This document shows, piece by piece, positions 62,520-64,000 of a DNA stretch of 64,000 bases. The DNA comes from Myxococcales bacterium (GTDB taxonomy: Bacteria; Myxococcota_A; Polyangia; Polyangiales; Polyangiaceae): NCBI GenBank assembly GCA_043747615.1, contig JAYTOU010000015.1, forward strand, positions 1-64,000, read 5' to 3'. The position numbers were made by a program, and so were the translations under genes. The first letter of the stretch is position 1; the number at the start of each line of letters is the position of its first letter. The notes under the pieces are model-generated. The model saw only the letters and a program-made list of their open reading frames with translations, was not told the DNA's origin and did no database searches.

Positions 62520-62580
62520 GCGGTACCGCGTAGCTTGGCTCTCCCCCCCCGGGCCCTCTATGTGGTGCCGTTTTCTTTTT
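62520..62580 (+). ncRNA. Candidate sigma54-dependent small RNA with C-rich loop
   Basis: 13-bp stem 62521-33/62558-70 with 3 G-U pairs, inner 5-bp stem, UCCCCCCCC loop, TTTTCTTTTT tail. Confidence 0.65.
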
Positions 62581-62610
62581 GTCGGTCGACGAGGTAACTA
62601 CGACCGCGCG

Positions 62611-63252
62611 ATGTTCGTCACGCGCCATAGTCTCCCGACGGTCCTGGCAGTGAGCTTCGCGGTGAGCATCGCCGCCTGCCAGCGCACACCTGAGCCCGCG
62701 CCTGCGCCGCCCGCGAACGTCATCGAAGATCGCTCCGCTGCCCTGACGCCGGCGCACGCCGCCTCCGCGTCCATTCCCGAGGCGCGCTGCGTCCGGGAGA
62801 CGTCGGCACTGCCCCCGCCCACCGCGAGTGCCGCGACGCGCGAGCGCTGTCCCAAGGACCCAGAGTCGGCGCCAGCGCTCCCGATGATCGCGGTGACCAT
62901 CGCCGCAGCATCCGGTCCGGTGAAGGTGCAGGTCGAGCTAGCGAAGGCGCCCAAGGAGACCGAGCGCGGTCTGATGTACCGAATGAAGATGCCCGAGGAG
63001 CAGGGGATGCTCTTTGCTCTCGAAGAGCGACGGGAGCACCCTTTTTGGATGCATAATACATGCATGCCCCTGGACATGATGTGGATCGACGACGACGGGT
63101 TGATCGTCGGTCTGCTCGAAAACGTTCCCACGCTGAACGACGAAGAACGAACGATCGGGTGCCCGTCTTCTTGGGTCCTCGAGGTCAATGCTGGTTGGGC
63201 GCGCCGCCACGGCGTTCGCGCAGGCCAGAAGTTGACGTTGCCCCCACGCTAA
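62611..63252 (+). CDS. DUF192 family lipoprotein
   Basis: IAAC lipobox; RGLMYR, GMLF, FWMHNT..PLD, VLEVNAG. Confidence 0.9.
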   Translation: MFVTRHSLPTVLAVSFAVSIAACQRTPEPAPAPPANVIEDRSAALTPAHAASASIPEARCVRETSALPPPTASAATRERCPKDPESAPALPMIAVTIAAASGPVKVQVELAKAPKETERGLMYRMKMPEEQGMLFALEERREHPFWMHNTCMPLDMMWIDDDGLIVGLLENVPTLNDEERTIGCPSSWVLEVNAGWARRHGVRAGQKLTLPPR

Positions 63253-63268
63253 GTAGACCGTCAAAACC

Positions 63269-64000
63269 ATGGAGTCATCGATGATCCGAACCGTCGCACT
63301 TTCTGCGCTTCTCTTCGCCAACGGCCTCGTTGCGTGCACCAAAGACACCCCCCCGGAGCCCGACATGCGCAAGGATCCGGAGAGCAACATCGTTCCGAAT
63401 GCGGCGTCGCAGGCAACGTTGAACCTCGGCCTTTCCGGTCCTGCGGTGCACGCGAAAGTGCCAGGTGGCGATCCCCTCGACGGCGTGTGGACCCTCGCCG
63501 ACGCGACGAACGGAATCAACGGCGCAGGAGCCCTCATCGCCACCATCAACACCAGTGAAGGCGCCCTTCGGTGCAAGCTCTTCGAAGACAAAGCTCCGGT
63601 CACCGTGGCGAACTTCGTCGGCCTCGCTCGGGGCACGCGCGTCTGGAAAGATCCGAGCGGCAAATGGGTCAACAGGCCCGCTTACGACGGCACGCTGTTT
63701 CACCGGATCATCAAAGGGTTCATGATCCAAGGTGGCGACGCGAAGGGCAACGGCTCGGGCGAGCCGGGCTACGTCATCAAGGACGAGCTCTGGGAAGGCT
63801 CGAAGCACGATCGCGCGGGGCTCTTGTGCATGGCGAACCGCGGGCCGAACACCAACGGCGCGCAGTTCTTCATTACCGACGCGTCCGCTCCGCATCTCGA
63901 TCGGAGCTACACCATCCTTGGCGAGTGCGCCCCCGTCGAGATCGTCCACACGATCGCCAACGTGGCCGTCAACGGCGAGCAGCCGGCGAGCCCGGTCACC
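63269..64000 (+). CDS. Cyclophilin-type peptidyl-prolyl isomerase lipoprotein, 3'-truncated (absent from the ORF track)
   Basis: Hand translation: LVAC lipobox, KAPVTVANFVGLA, FHRIIKGFMIQGGD, MANRGPNTNGAQFFIT. Confidence 0.93.
   Translation, partial: MESSMIRTVALSALLFANGLVACTKDTPPEPDMRKDPESNIVPNAASQATLNLGLSGPAVHAKVPGGDPLDGVWTLADATNGINGAGALIATINTSEGALRCKLFEDKAPVTVANFVGLARGTRVWKDPSGKWVNRPAYDGTLFHRIIKGFMIQGGDAKGNGSGEPGYVIKDELWEGSKHDRAGLLCMANRGPNTNGAQFFITDASAPHLDRSYTILGECAPVEIVHTIANVAVNGEQPASPVT

Noticed and set aside
62520..62580. Identity of the candidate sRNA with Pxr, SRP RNA, tRNA or 6S
   Set aside because: Too short, a single hairpin, no SRP GGAA-loop motif or cloverleaf, and no adjacent NtrC-type gene as at the pxr locus

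Overview
High-GC bacterial chromosomal segment. The gene content and Cys-rich/DAG-linker lipoproteins suggest Myxococcota, probably Polyangiaceae-like; this is inferred, not searched. About 55 genes. Most are housekeeping: cca, lolA, ruvC, yebC, icd, mdh, sucCD, ndk, dapD/dapE, radA, alaS, purF, hrpA, HMG-CoA lyase and a cyclophilin. These are interleaved with lipid and envelope enzymes, signalling proteins (ECF sigma, FHA-GGDEF, kinase-FHA-degenerate GGDEF) and two small accessory patches (~16.9-21.6 kb and ~38.0-39.2 kb). No rRNA, tRNA, CRISPR array, transposase or integrase was seen. Best leads: (1) an unannotated ~61-nt candidate sRNA at 62520-62580, with a sigma54 promoter, a G-U-containing stem, a C-rich loop and a U-tract; (2) a coupled pair of ~1270-aa secreted transglutaminase-like paralogs, one with an intact triad and one degenerate; (3) an RHH + atypical MazF/CcdB-fold toxin-antitoxin pair with a visible promoter and operator; (4) a possible clan-CD protease lipoprotein; (5) widespread leaderless promoter architecture, including a bidirectional -10 element; (6) two internally deleted gene remnants missed by the ORF track. 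All calls come from reading motifs by eye; no database searches were run.
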